Of a stretch of DNA of 64,000 bases, positions 17,892 to 29,022 are shown in pieces; within the stretch, counting starts at the first letter, position 1; the number at the start of each line of letters is the position of its first letter. The notes under the pieces were generated by a model. That model was given only the letters and a program-made list of their open reading frames with translations, made no database searches and had not been told where the DNA came from. Source of the stretch: Cyanobacteria bacterium P01_A01_bin.123 (GTDB taxonomy: Bacteria > Cyanobacteriota > Cyanobacteriia > Phormidesmidales > Phormidesmidaceae); NCBI GenBank assembly GCA_039815185.1, contig JBCBZT010000022.1:59792-123791 (forward strand). Direction: 5' to 3'. A program made the position numbers and the translations under genes.

Positions 17892-19919
17892 ATGCAACCA
17901 CCTATTCCTGCTGGAACGGTTCTGCAAAGTCGTTACCATGTCGTTCGCCTACTGGGTCAGGGCGGGTTCGGACGAACCTACCTGTCAGAAGATCAGGGGC
18001 GGTTCAATGAGTCTTGCGCGCTGAAAGAATTTGTCCCCCTGCAGGGAGAAGATCGGTTCTCAGACAAAGCAACTCAGCTATTTCAGCGAGAAGCGTCGAT
18101 CCTGTACCAGATTCAGCATCCCCAGATTCCCCAGTTTCGGGCCACTTTTGAGCAAGATCAGCGACTATTCTTGGTGCAAGACTATATCGATGGCATCAAC
18201 TATCGGGATTTACTCAATCAGCGCCGCAGTCAGAGTAATGCTTTTTCAGAGACTGAGGTTCGGCAGTTTTTGCGCCAGATCCTACCTGTATTGGCCCACA
18301 TTCACGCGAAGGGCATCATTCACCGTGACATCAGTCCAGACAATATTATTTTGCGCAGCAGCGACCGCTTGCCGATTTTAATCGATTTTGGGGTGGTGAA
18401 AGAGGTGGTCACCCGAATTCAGCTCCCCGATACAGCCACTCAGGCTACCACTGTCGGTAAGCTAGGGTATGCCCCCAGCGAACAAATGCAAACTGGACGA
18501 GCCTACCCCAGTAGTGATTTGTATTCGTTGGCCGTGACGTCCATTGTGTTGCTGACGGGCAAAGAACCCCAAGACATGTTTGACGATGTCAATTTGATCT
18601 GGCATTGGCAGGATATTGCCCGGGTGAGTTCCCCGTTTGCTCAGGTGCTCAATCGAGCATTGAGCTATCGTCCCGGCGATCGCTACCAGAGCGTTAGTGA
18701 GATGGCTCAAGCCTTGGGCGCTTTAGATCAAGCGCCTGCTGGCCCAACTGCTTATGCAACTCCTTCGGCCTTTGCCCAACCTGGCGCCGTCCCACCGCCG
18801 GTCAGTCATGCAGCATCCCCACCGTCGGTTAGTCCTCCCAACGTCTCGCAAATGAAAACTGTGGCGGTGGGTCGCCGCTATGAGCCCACCGTTGCCCGCC
18901 CAGCCGCCGCCCGCAATATCCCTGCGCGGACAACCCCTGCGCGCACTGCACCAGCTCGTCAAAAACTCCCACCCAACCAGCAAGATACCTCGATTTGGGA
19001 AAACCCCCTCGCCGTAACGGCGCTGGGAATTGGTTTGGCATTGGTTGCGGGCACGGGTGGTTGGGCCGTTGTCAGTGCCCTTAGCAACCGTCCTGAACCC
19101 GCTCCATCAGAGGTGCCCGGCCCATCTATTACCCTCGATCCACCCAGTCAAGAGCAATCGAGCCCAGATCCAGATCCCACGCCGCCTACCAGTGAACCCG
19201 TTGAGTACAGCCAAACCTTAAATATTCGCCCAGGGCGTAACACCACTGTCAACGGGGATTTAAAGACCGGAGAAACTATCAACTACCGAGTCACGGGAGA
19301 GGAAGGTCAAACCCTGGAAGCTGCTCTAGAAGGGGATGGCGTTCTGCTGACAGTTTTAGGGCCAGATGGCGAGGTGATAGATGATGCCGAACGGGTGACA
19401 ACCTGGCAAGGCACGTTGCCTACCACAGGAGAATACACTGTTCAGCTCAAGACCGTTGAAGGGGTTGACGAAAGCAACTATGGCTTGACCGTGAGTTTGG
19501 CAGCCACAGAGGATGGGGCCGACGGTGAACCGGATGATCCTGATGCAGAGACCGAGCCAGGAACTGATGCAGAGACCGAACCGGAGGTCACTCAAACCGA
19601 TATTCAACGGCAACGGGTTCAGTTTCCTCAAGATTCTACAGAAACTCGCTTGGCCAACGACGTGGGCCGTGGACGGGTCCGTCGTTATGTCGTCAACGCA
19701 TCTGAAGGCCAAGTGATGGCGGTGCAACTGAGCAACATGAGCGGCCCTGTGACTATGGAAGTTCTCTTGCCTACGGGTGAGGTGATTCCCAACGCATCCA
19801 AAGTGCTTTACTGGCAGGGGCAACTCCAGTTTGGTGGAGATTACTGGATTGATGTGTCTTCACCCACGCCCGCAGAGTTTACTCTGGATATCAGTGTCAC
19901 CGGTGGCAGCGCTGAGTGA
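17892..19919 (+). CDS. Hanks-type Ser/Thr protein kinase with TM helix and two extracellular PPC-like beta domains
   Basis: LGQGGFGRTY, ALKE, HRDISPDN, DFG, APSEQ; TM at about aa 372-397; repeated (W)QGxL..GxY motif. Confidence 0.92.
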   Translation: MQPPIPAGTVLQSRYHVVRLLGQGGFGRTYLSEDQGRFNESCALKEFVPLQGEDRFSDKATQLFQREASILYQIQHPQIPQFRATFEQDQRLFLVQDYIDGINYRDLLNQRRSQSNAFSETEVRQFLRQILPVLAHIHAKGIIHRDISPDNIILRSSDRLPILIDFGVVKEVVTRIQLPDTATQATTVGKLGYAPSEQMQTGRAYPSSDLYSLAVTSIVLLTGKEPQDMFDDVNLIWHWQDIARVSSPFAQVLNRALSYRPGDRYQSVSEMAQALGALDQAPAGPTAYATPSAFAQPGAVPPPVSHAASPPSVSPPNVSQMKTVAVGRRYEPTVARPAAARNIPARTTPARTAPARQKLPPNQQDTSIWENPLAVTALGIGLALVAGTGGWAVVSALSNRPEPAPSEVPGPSITLDPPSQEQSSPDPDPTPPTSEPVEYSQTLNIRPGRNTTVNGDLKTGETINYRVTGEEGQTLEAALEGDGVLLTVLGPDGEVIDDAERVTTWQGTLPTTGEYTVQLKTVEGVDESNYGLTVSLAATEDGADGEPDDPDAETEPGTDAETEPEVTQTDIQRQRVQFPQDSTETRLANDVGRGRVRRYVVNASEGQVMAVQLSNMSGPVTMEVLLPTGEVIPNASKVLYWQGQLQFGGDYWIDVSSPTPAEFTLDISVTGGSAE

Positions 19920-19996
19920 GGCAGCCCGTGGTGAGGTTGTGACTATAGGATTACATCGGATTAATCGCGCAACCTCCTGATTGGAGATTGAATCAT

Positions 19997-20716
19997 ATGA
20001 CTGCAACGACAATTCAAGCTGGCACAATGGCAAAGGCGCTATTGATTGCCGGAACCGATACCGAAGTCGGTAAAACCATCGTCACTGCAACGCTGGCGGC
20101 CTATTGGCAAACCTATCGCCAGCCTCAACGCTTGGGGCTAATGAAGCCTATTCAATCAGGCGTGGGCGATCGCGAGTATTATCAGCAATACTTCGCCCTT
20201 GACCAAACGCTGGAAACCTATAATCCACTCTTCTTTGAAGCCCCTTTAGCGCCGCCCCTGGCAGCTGATTTGGCAGGCCAAACCATTGACTTGGGAGCGG
20301 TTTGGCGACCCTTAACTCAGCTTTTAGCCGAACGCGATTTTGTCTTAATTGAAGCTTTAGGCGGGTTGGGGTCGCCTGTGACCCATGAGCTGACGGTGGC
20401 GGATTTGGCTGCTCAGTGGCGGTTGCCAACGCTACTAGTAGTGCCAGTAAAACTAGGTGCGATCGCCCAAACCGTAGCCAATGTTGCCTTGGCACGCCAA
20501 AACCAGGTTCCACTGAAAGGCATTGTGCTGAATTGCCTGAGTGCAGAAGCTGAGGCCAACGTAGAACAGTGGGCCCCTGTTGCGCTGCTCGAATCCCTGA
20601 CTCAAGTGCCGATACTAGGGGTTATACCCCCCATTTCAGACAGTACCTCTCTACCCTCTCTGGCCCAGGCGGCTGGTCACTTAGAACTCAGCGCTATTCT
20701 TCCGGCACAGACTTGA
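19997..20716 (+). CDS. bioD: Dethiobiotin synthase
   Basis: [36 protein letters not shown]; exact start uncertain. Confidence 0.92.
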   Translation: MTATTIQAGTMAKALLIAGTDTEVGKTIVTATLAAYWQTYRQPQRLGLMKPIQSGVGDREYYQQYFALDQTLETYNPLFFEAPLAPPLAADLAGQTIDLGAVWRPLTQLLAERDFVLIEALGGLGSPVTHELTVADLAAQWRLPTLLVVPVKLGAIAQTVANVALARQNQVPLKGIVLNCLSAEAEANVEQWAPVALLESLTQVPILGVIPPISDSTSLPSLAQAAGHLELSAILPAQT

Positions 20717-21063
20717 GTATCAGACCCATTTGAAAAAACAAAATTTTACGCGATTGGGCGACTCAGATCACAACGTTTCCGTAGACGAATCTTCATAATG
20801 ATTTGAAGTTCCGTTTAGTCATGTTAGGAATCTTACTGAAGAGTGACTTCTTGTGATTTCCTGATTGTGTGGAGGATTCATAGATTCTTTATCCATTCTA
20901 TCCATAGTGTGATTACTCGCTGCACAGCAAATAAAAGATATCCTTATGATCTTTTACTTTGTAGCCTCACCCAGCTTGTCCGGATTGAGCTGGCTAAGGT
21001 GGATATGAGGATGTAATCTCCCCTGCCTACCCCTGACGATCTCACCTTTTGGTGATTAAGCTT

Positions 21064-22275
21064 ATGATTTCCGCGTTTCCGCCGACCTCTGCAGATCAGA
21101 CTTCTGCCATTCGCCTCAGCATTCGTACCCTACAACCCCAACTGGTAGCCTGGCGACGACAATTGCATCAGCACCCCGAATTGGGATTTCGAGAGATTGG
21201 AACAGGTCGATTTATCAGTCAACAGCTCACCAAGTGGGGCATTGAGCATCAAACAGCCGTAGCCCAAACCGGCATTGTGGCGACGATTCATGGTGAACGC
21301 CTAGGCCCAGTCTTGGGAATTCGGGCGGATATGGATGCCCTGCCGATTCAAGAACTGAATCAGGTGCCCTATCGGTCTTTAAATGATGGCGTGATGCATG
21401 CCTGCGGTCATGATGGCCATGTCACAGTTGCGTTGGGCACAGCTCACTATTTAGCAACCCACCGCGATCGCTTTGCCGGCACCGTCAAAATTTTATTTCA
21501 ACCCGCAGAAGAAGGCCCGGGTGGTGCCAAACCCATGATTGAATCTGGGGTGCTCGAAAACCCTACGGTAGACGCCATAATTGGGTTGCATCTTTGGAAT
21601 AACTTACCCCTAGGGAGCGTCGGTGTGCGCACGGGGCCAATGATGGCAGCCACTGAACTATTTGAATTCACGATCAAAGGCAAAGGCGGTCATGGGGCGA
21701 TTCCCCATCAGACTGTTGACTCCATTGTGGTGGGCGCTCAAGTCGTGAATGCCCTACAAACAATTGTGGCTCGCAATGTTGACCCGCTCAAGTCAGCAGT
21801 GGTCACAGTGGGTAAATTTCAAGCCGGCACCGCCAAAAACGTCATTGCAGATAGTGCCGTGCTCGGAGGGACCATCCGCTATTTTGATGCCGCCTATGAG
21901 CAGTTCTTTAAACAGCGAATTGAGCAAATCCTCGCAGGGACTTGCCAAAGTCATGGCGCTGCCTATGCCTTTAACTACCAACCGCTTTATCCGCCTCTGA
22001 TTAACGATAGCGCCATGGCCGATCTGGTTCGTTCTGTGGCCCTTTCTGTGGTCGAAACCCCGGCCGGGGTCGTGCCTGAATGCCAAACCATGGGCGGCGA
22101 AGATATGGCCTTCTTTTTGCGGGAAGTGCCCGGTTGTTATTTCTTCTTAGGCGCAGCGAACGAAGCCAAAGGATTAGCCTATCCCCACCATCATCCCCGC
22201 TTCGATTTTGATGAAACGGCATTGGGGATGGGGGTTGAAATGTTTGTCCGCTGCGTTGAGAAGTTTTGCGCGTGA
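21064..22275 (+). CDS. M20D amidohydrolase (N-acyl-L-amino acid amidohydrolase family)
   Basis: HQHPELGF, RADMDALP, MHACGHDGH, FQPAEE, GGEDM, HHHPRFDFDE. Confidence 0.92.
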   Translation: MISAFPPTSADQTSAIRLSIRTLQPQLVAWRRQLHQHPELGFREIGTGRFISQQLTKWGIEHQTAVAQTGIVATIHGERLGPVLGIRADMDALPIQELNQVPYRSLNDGVMHACGHDGHVTVALGTAHYLATHRDRFAGTVKILFQPAEEGPGGAKPMIESGVLENPTVDAIIGLHLWNNLPLGSVGVRTGPMMAATELFEFTIKGKGGHGAIPHQTVDSIVVGAQVVNALQTIVARNVDPLKSAVVTVGKFQAGTAKNVIADSAVLGGTIRYFDAAYEQFFKQRIEQILAGTCQSHGAAYAFNYQPLYPPLINDSAMADLVRSVALSVVETPAGVVPECQTMGGEDMAFFLREVPGCYFFLGAANEAKGLAYPHHHPRFDFDETALGMGVEMFVRCVEKFCA

Positions 22276-22387
22276 TTAGAAAACCTATCGCCTCCCTTCT
22301 AAAGTTTCACAACGGATGATCAGCGAATGCCGTTACTATCGGTAAGCTTGACCTGTCAATTGTGAAGTCATCTCCTGGGGTTAGAAG

Positions 22388-23041
22388 ATGAAGCAGAAAT
22401 CTATCTGGGTTGCGGGTTTGGCGCTGATGGGCTTAATCGCAACATTATTTTTTAGCCAAGTCCATGGGTTTAGGGCGGTGGCGATGGCCCCTGAGGGCTG
22501 GTCTTTGACCACAGCACCCGATGCGCCAACAGTTGTGGCTCAAGCAGAGGCACCAGCAGGGGAATCAGAAACAGTAGCCCCTGCAGGGGTGCAAATTAGC
22601 GGTGATTATCAAGATCCTGAAGGTCGTTTTCAGATTGGCATTTTAGAGGGGTTCTCAGTCAATTCAGTTGCAGCCAGTCCACTGTTTGAGGCTAGAGATG
22701 GCAGTTTGGCCTACTCAGTGGTGGTTTTGCCGACTGGGGGTGATGTTGGAATCGATGCGCCACTGACCGATGCAGCTTTGGCCCAGGCAGTCAAAAATAC
22801 CTTTACCCGTGGCGAAGGTTTCCAAACCACAGGCTTCGAGGTGATTGATGGGGGCGGAGTTCAAATTGCCTGGGCAGGGCGTTTGACTAACGGCGGTTTG
22901 ACCCAACCGATGCAGGGCAAAGTTGTTGCTCGACAAAACGATAGCGATATTTATCTCTTGGCGATCGCAGCCACAGAAGCTGGCGTTCCTCAAGTTGATC
23001 CAGCCCTAGCAACCCTAGCGCAAAGTTTACAGGTGCTATAG
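22388..23041 (+). CDS. Exported hypothetical protein (possibly PsbP/DcrB-like fold)
   Basis: Signal peptide, then YQDPEGRFQIGI and a C-terminal IYLLAIAAT...LAQSLQVL pattern. Confidence 0.6.
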   Translation: MKQKSIWVAGLALMGLIATLFFSQVHGFRAVAMAPEGWSLTTAPDAPTVVAQAEAPAGESETVAPAGVQISGDYQDPEGRFQIGILEGFSVNSVAASPLFEARDGSLAYSVVVLPTGGDVGIDAPLTDAALAQAVKNTFTRGEGFQTTGFEVIDGGGVQIAWAGRLTNGGLTQPMQGKVVARQNDSDIYLLAIAATEAGVPQVDPALATLAQSLQVL

Positions 23042-23653
23042 ATCGGCCCACCGTTGCAAGACGACCTCCAGCGTTTGCTGAAGCAGCGGTAATTCCCGTG
23101 CGGTTAGTCCACCCACCACAAACCCCAGTAAATGACCTTGCCAAGATCGACCCCGTCGCAGGGGCAATAGGCCCCAGAGGGTGCTGCCATAGAGCAATCC
23201 GGCCAGTACAGCCAACGCGATCGCGCCTGGGCTGCGATCAACATAGCCCCGCATCAGTAAAAAGCCTAAATACCCAAATACGATGCCGCTAGCCCCAATG
23301 TGATTTGAGCGGGGTTGGCCAATTAGCCAGACACCCAATCCGCCGATTAGCCAAACAAGCACTGTAACTAACGCCCATGTTTGGCCCCCGCTCAGCAAAA
23401 TTAATCCGCCTAACACCAACAGCGGCAGCGTATTGGCACTTAAATGACCTAGATCGCCGTGGAGCAGTGGGGCGAACACAATGCCCCGCAGACCGATCAA
23501 TCGCCGGGGTCGTATGCCGTAGCGATTCAGAGCACCGCGCAGTAATAGGGAGTCTACTAGTTCTAAAAGCCATAGGAGTCCTACAAATCCCAGTAGAAAT
23601 TTTGCTCGGGGCAGGATTTGTTCGGCCACTTGGAGGAGTAATGCGTCAGCCAT
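23036..23653 (-). CDS. Rhomboid intramembrane serine protease
   Basis: APLLHGDLGHLSANT, HIGASG (catalytic Ser), SWQGHLLG (catalytic His). Confidence 0.9.
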   Translation of the reverse strand: MADALLLQVAEQILPRAKFLLGFVGLLWLLELVDSLLLRGALNRYGIRPRRLIGLRGIVFAPLLHGDLGHLSANTLPLLVLGGLILLSGGQTWALVTVLVWLIGGLGVWLIGQPRSNHIGASGIVFGYLGFLLMRGYVDRSPGAIALAVLAGLLYGSTLWGLLPLRRGRSWQGHLLGFVVGGLTARELPLLQQTLEVVLQRWADL

Positions 23654-23729
23654 GGTTGTGCTGTCAATTTCCGATTTTGGCTTTTGGATTTTCGATCTTG
23701 GCTTGTGAAATCCTGGCTGTCAGGCAATT

Positions 23730-24626
23730 TTAAGGTTGCAACATCGTTAGCAAAGCTAATAGCAGGGCTTCTGTCCACTCTACGACTGCGCCATAGGTGT
23801 CTCCTGTGTGCCCACCCAGTTTGTCATTAAACCAGGCTGCGCTTGAAAGTGCGATCGCCGCACCCCCGCTCCCCATCCCCAAAGCCATCCCGCCAGCGTC
23901 AGGATTGCATACCCAGGCTAATGCGCTGACGCCACCCAGCAAAAGCACACCAGGTATCCAATCTTGACCAGGGCGAATAGCAGCCTTATGAAACGCGCCC
24001 TTGCCTTCAGCTTTGAGGTAAGGATAGCGGGCGATCGCCACCACCTGTCCCCACCGTCCCCAACCGGCGATCGCCATCAGGGTCACCCATCGACCCCCAT
24101 TGAGTTCCGAAAGGGCTGCTATTTTAAGACCGAGAATCGCGATCGCTGCCATTGCGCCAAAGGCACCCGTGGCGCTGTCAGCCATGACGGTCAGTCGCCG
24201 CTCTGGATCTAGCACCGCCAAACCATCGGCACTATCCATAGCGCCATCTAAGTGGAGTCCGCCGGTCAAAGCGATGCCAACCAGCACAACGAGCACACTG
24301 CGGGTCAGTAGCGGCATCCCTAATGCCCCTAGCCCCCAATCCAAGGCTCCCAAGCTGACCCCCAGCATCACCCCAACTAAGGGTGCAAAACTGGCAATTC
24401 GGTCAAATGCAAGCGGCCAACTCTCCGGAATGGGCAGTATGGTGTAAAACGCGATCGCCCCTGTCAAACGTCCTTGAATCCGCCCAAAGATGGATAAGGG
24501 AGGAGCCGCGATCGGCAACTCTGCTGAACCCGAAGCAGCCTGAGGCCCAGAATCAGCTGGGCCTAAATTATCATCCGAGGGCTTTGGAGGCGGCATCATA
24601 GGAGCAAAACCCAATTCCCTAGTCAA
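23730..24626 (-). CDS. cobS: Adenosylcobinamide-GDP ribazoletransferase (cobalamin synthase)
   Basis: [40 protein letters not shown]; start uncertain. Confidence 0.92.
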   Translation of the reverse strand: MTRELGFAPMMPPPKPSDDNLGPADSGPQAASGSAELPIAAPPLSIFGRIQGRLTGAIAFYTILPIPESWPLAFDRIASFAPLVGVMLGVSLGALDWGLGALGMPLLTRSVLVVLVGIALTGGLHLDGAMDSADGLAVLDPERRLTVMADSATGAFGAMAAIAILGLKIAALSELNGGRWVTLMAIAGWGRWGQVVAIARYPYLKAEGKGAFHKAAIRPGQDWIPGVLLLGGVSALAWVCNPDAGGMALGMGSGGAAIALSSAAWFNDKLGGHTGDTYGAVVEWTEALLLALLTMLQP

Positions 24627-24900
24627 TCCAATCCGTTAACCAGATCGGCGATTAAACAGCCATTCAACCTAAAAATTTGGGAAACAGATAACCCTTTTGC
24701 CCTGAATGGCATGATTTCAGTGATTTGACTGAATCCATGGCCTCAGGAGATTGTGAGAATTGTAATCGTATCCCAAGTGACCAAAAACTTGCCTAAGCGG
24801 ATCAATATCGTGAATTTCGATTATCGTGATAGTTAGGCCTGTTACGAGTCGTTCATCCATTAGACACCTGACTTGCCTGGCGGTTTATCTCTGTAGGTCT

Positions 24901-26474
<1,574 letters not shown>

Positions 26475-26780
26475 ACTCATTCTTCCTTGAATGCAACCCG
26501 GTTGCAGCCAACATCCCCGAAACAGCCCAGCGCTGGGCTAGGGCATTCTCTCTATCGTGTCGATGAAGGCAAGTAGGGGAAAGGGCCATATCTAAACACC
26601 TAATGCGACATCCAAATGTGGTTTATTGTCATTAACGACAACAGGCTACTATCAAACCCCAATTTGTTCGCATTAAGAGCTAAGTCCAGCAATTCTAATT
26701 CAAAGACTCTCAGAGTGACTTCCTAAGGAATATCACACATCCCATGATCATAGAAATGTATCAAAAACAAGGCGGCTTAC

Positions 26781-26799
26781 TTGACATATACTCTCAATA
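26781..26799. promoter_or_regulatory. Possible Fur-box-like operator overlapping a TTGACA -35 hexamer
   Basis: TTGACATATACTCTCAATA is an imperfect AT-rich dyad (TTGA..TCAA) upstream of the iron-uptake operon. Confidence 0.35.
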
Positions 26800-26845
26800 A
26801 GCTTAATTTCATCCAGTAAGACCTACATGGAGCAAGGGTGAGTCT

Positions 26846-26968
26846 GCCTTGCTTCAGGAATATGGCAGCCAACTCGAAATCCTCTATGAGTGGCGATACC
26901 GCGATGGATTAATAGGTCAGCCAACTAGTCAAGCTTCAGCGGAGTCAGTCTATGCGAGTTTGGGATAA
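26846..26968 (+). pseudogene. exbB: exbB (MotA/TolQ/ExbB) 3' remnant
   Basis: Translates ALLQEYGSQLEILYEWRY...SVYASLG*, matching the QEYGGQLELLY C-terminus I recall for cyanobacterial ExbB. Its end overlaps the exbD ATG. Confidence 0.7.
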
Positions 26969-27076
26969 CGAATCGGATGAGAAATTGGAAATTAATATTC
27001 TGCCGATGATTGATGTGATTTCACTTTGTCGACGCTGTTTTGGACGCGTATCGAAGGGCTATCGGTAAATTATTGA
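26952..27076 (+). pseudogene. exbD: exbD 5' remnant with deletion/frameshift
   Basis: MRVWDNESDEKLEINILPMIDVI, then in a shifted frame TLSTLFWTRIEGLSVN*. Compare the ExbD consensus INxxPMIDVxF...STLFLTRxEGLPVNLP. Confidence 0.8.
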
Positions 27077-27094
27077 GTTTGAGTGTTTGAGCTA

Positions 27095-28126
27095 ATGACG
27101 ACCACAGCGCGATCGCCCCATACATCTTTTCCCAGTCGGCAACGGCAGCGAGTGGTGCTAGCCACTGGGCTATTGCTTTTGGGTTTAGCGCTAGTGATCT
27201 TTCTTTCCCTCACCCAAGGCTCGGTGGCGTTGACCTGGCCAGAACTGGCCACGGCGGCGTTGCGCCAAGGCGATCGGATTCACCAAACCATTTTTTGGGA
27301 CTTGCGACTGCCTCGGGTGTTGGCAGCGCTGATTGTGGGTTCAGCTTTGGGATTGGCGGGTGCGCTGTTGCAGGGGATGTTGCGCAATGGATTAGCGAGT
27401 CCTTTCCTACTGGGTATTTCCGCTGGCGCAGGGCTGATGGTAGTGCTGACAGTAGGCGTAGGGCTACTCCAAATCTGGGTGCCTTTTGGGGCTTGGTTGG
27501 GTGCAGTTGCCACCACAATGATGGTCTATTTATTAGCCCGTGCCGGCACTACCCTATCAGTCGAACGATTGATATTAGGCGGTGTCGCCTTTAGTTCGTT
27601 TTTTGGCGCGATTCAATCTTTGATGTTGTTATTGTCTGCCGATGGTCAAATCCAGGCGGCGTTGAATTGGCTGATTGGTAGTCTTAACGGTCGGGGATGG
27701 ACAGAAGTGAAGCTGGTGGGGCCAGGGGTTCTGGTCGCTTTATTAGTGGGCTGTTCGCTCGCGCGGCAGGTCAACCTCCTCAGTTTAGGGGATGACCTGG
27801 CTACAGGATTGGGCACATCTCTGGTGCGATCGCGCTGTTTAATCGGCGCTGTCGCCACCCTGCTGGCGGCTGGCGCAGTCAGCATTGCCGGGTTGGTGGG
27901 ATTTGTGGGTTTGATTGTGCCCCATGGTGTCCGATTGCTGGTGGGTACTGACTATCGCTTGGTGTTGCCTTTTTCAGCCTTGGGTGGCGCATTGGTGCTG
28001 TCGGCGGCAGACTTAGCCGCGCGGATAGGGCCAGTGGAGTTGCCCGTTGGGGCCGTGACTGCTTTGCTGGGTGCCCCCGTGTTTATTTGGCTGCTGCACC
28101 GTCGTCGCGCTACAGGAGGTGTATAG
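27095..28126 (+). CDS. FecCD/BtuC-family iron-chelate ABC permease
   Basis: DLRLPR, RNGLASPFLLGISAGA, LGDDLATGLG, GFVGLIVPH, ELPVGAVTALLGAPVF. Confidence 0.93.
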   Translation: MTTTARSPHTSFPSRQRQRVVLATGLLLLGLALVIFLSLTQGSVALTWPELATAALRQGDRIHQTIFWDLRLPRVLAALIVGSALGLAGALLQGMLRNGLASPFLLGISAGAGLMVVLTVGVGLLQIWVPFGAWLGAVATTMMVYLLARAGTTLSVERLILGGVAFSSFFGAIQSLMLLLSADGQIQAALNWLIGSLNGRGWTEVKLVGPGVLVALLVGCSLARQVNLLSLGDDLATGLGTSLVRSRCLIGAVATLLAAGAVSIAGLVGFVGLIVPHGVRLLVGTDYRLVLPFSALGGALVLSAADLAARIGPVELPVGAVTALLGAPVFIWLLHRRRATGGV

Positions 28127-28128
28127 CC

Positions 28129-28941
28129 ATGCCGTTAGAATCGCGTCATCTCTCTGGGGGTTATGGCGATCGCCCCATTGTCGAAGCAGTCAACCTATCT
28201 CTCCAAGCGGGGGAATGGTTGAGTCTGGTGGGGGCCAACGGTTCGGGAAAATCGACACTGTTGCGTTTGCTCAGCCGCATTCTCAAGCCCCAAAAGGGCA
28301 CTGTACTCCTATCGGGTCGTGACATCCATACCCTATCATCCACGGCCATGGCGCGGCGGCTGGCCCTGTTGCCCCAGCAACAAACCCTCCCGGATGGCTT
28401 AACAGTTTATCAATTGGTGAGTCTGGGGCGATCGCCCCATCAACCCTGGTGGCGGTGGGAACTTGATGACGCTGGACGCCAGCAGGTCGAACGGGCGCTG
28501 CACTGGGCAGAATTAGACGCTTACCGCGATCGCCCTGTGACCGCTCTCTCTGGGGGTGAACGCCAACGGGCATTTCTAGCCCTAGCCCTGGCCCAAGATC
28601 CGCAAGTGCTGCTGCTGGATGAACCCACCACGTTTTTAGATATTCATTACCAGCTCCAGCTTTTGGATTTGCTCAAGCGGTTAAACCAGCAGCAGGCCCT
28701 CTCTATCATCACCGTGCTCCACGATATCAATTTAGCAGCGCGCTACAGCGATCGCCTCGCCCTGGTGCGCCAGGGCAAACTTTGGGCCGTAGGCCCACCC
28801 CATGACGTGTTGACACCAGACCTCCTCCGTCAGGTTTTCGAGGTCGAGGTGACTTTGCTGCAAACCCCGGTGGGACTACAAATTTGCCCCCTTTCTGCCA
28901 GCACTACGCTGAGTCCTGATTTAGCCGCGAGTGTCCCCTAG
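28129..28941 (+). CDS. FecE/FhuC-family ABC ATPase
   Basis: GANGSGKST, LSGGERQRAFLA, LLLDEPT, VLHDIN; GGAGG before ATG 28129. Confidence 0.93.
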   Translation: MPLESRHLSGGYGDRPIVEAVNLSLQAGEWLSLVGANGSGKSTLLRLLSRILKPQKGTVLLSGRDIHTLSSTAMARRLALLPQQQTLPDGLTVYQLVSLGRSPHQPWWRWELDDAGRQQVERALHWAELDAYRDRPVTALSGGERQRAFLALALAQDPQVLLLDEPTTFLDIHYQLQLLDLLKRLNQQQALSIITVLHDINLAARYSDRLALVRQGKLWAVGPPHDVLTPDLLRQVFEVEVTLLQTPVGLQICPLSASTTLSPDLAASVP

Positions 28942-29022
28942 GCGCGATCAAGTCCTGGCTTGCCACCCTTAGCCTTTGTTCCTCACCCCCAATTACTATC
29001 CATCTTTCGTTGTGTTGCTCCC

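Noticed and set aside
26480..27090. Cobalamin riboswitch ahead of the TonB/ABC operon (cobS is nearby)
   Set aside because: I could not find the B12-box or GGGAA core. Only short palindromes are present, and the leader is explained by exbBD remnants.
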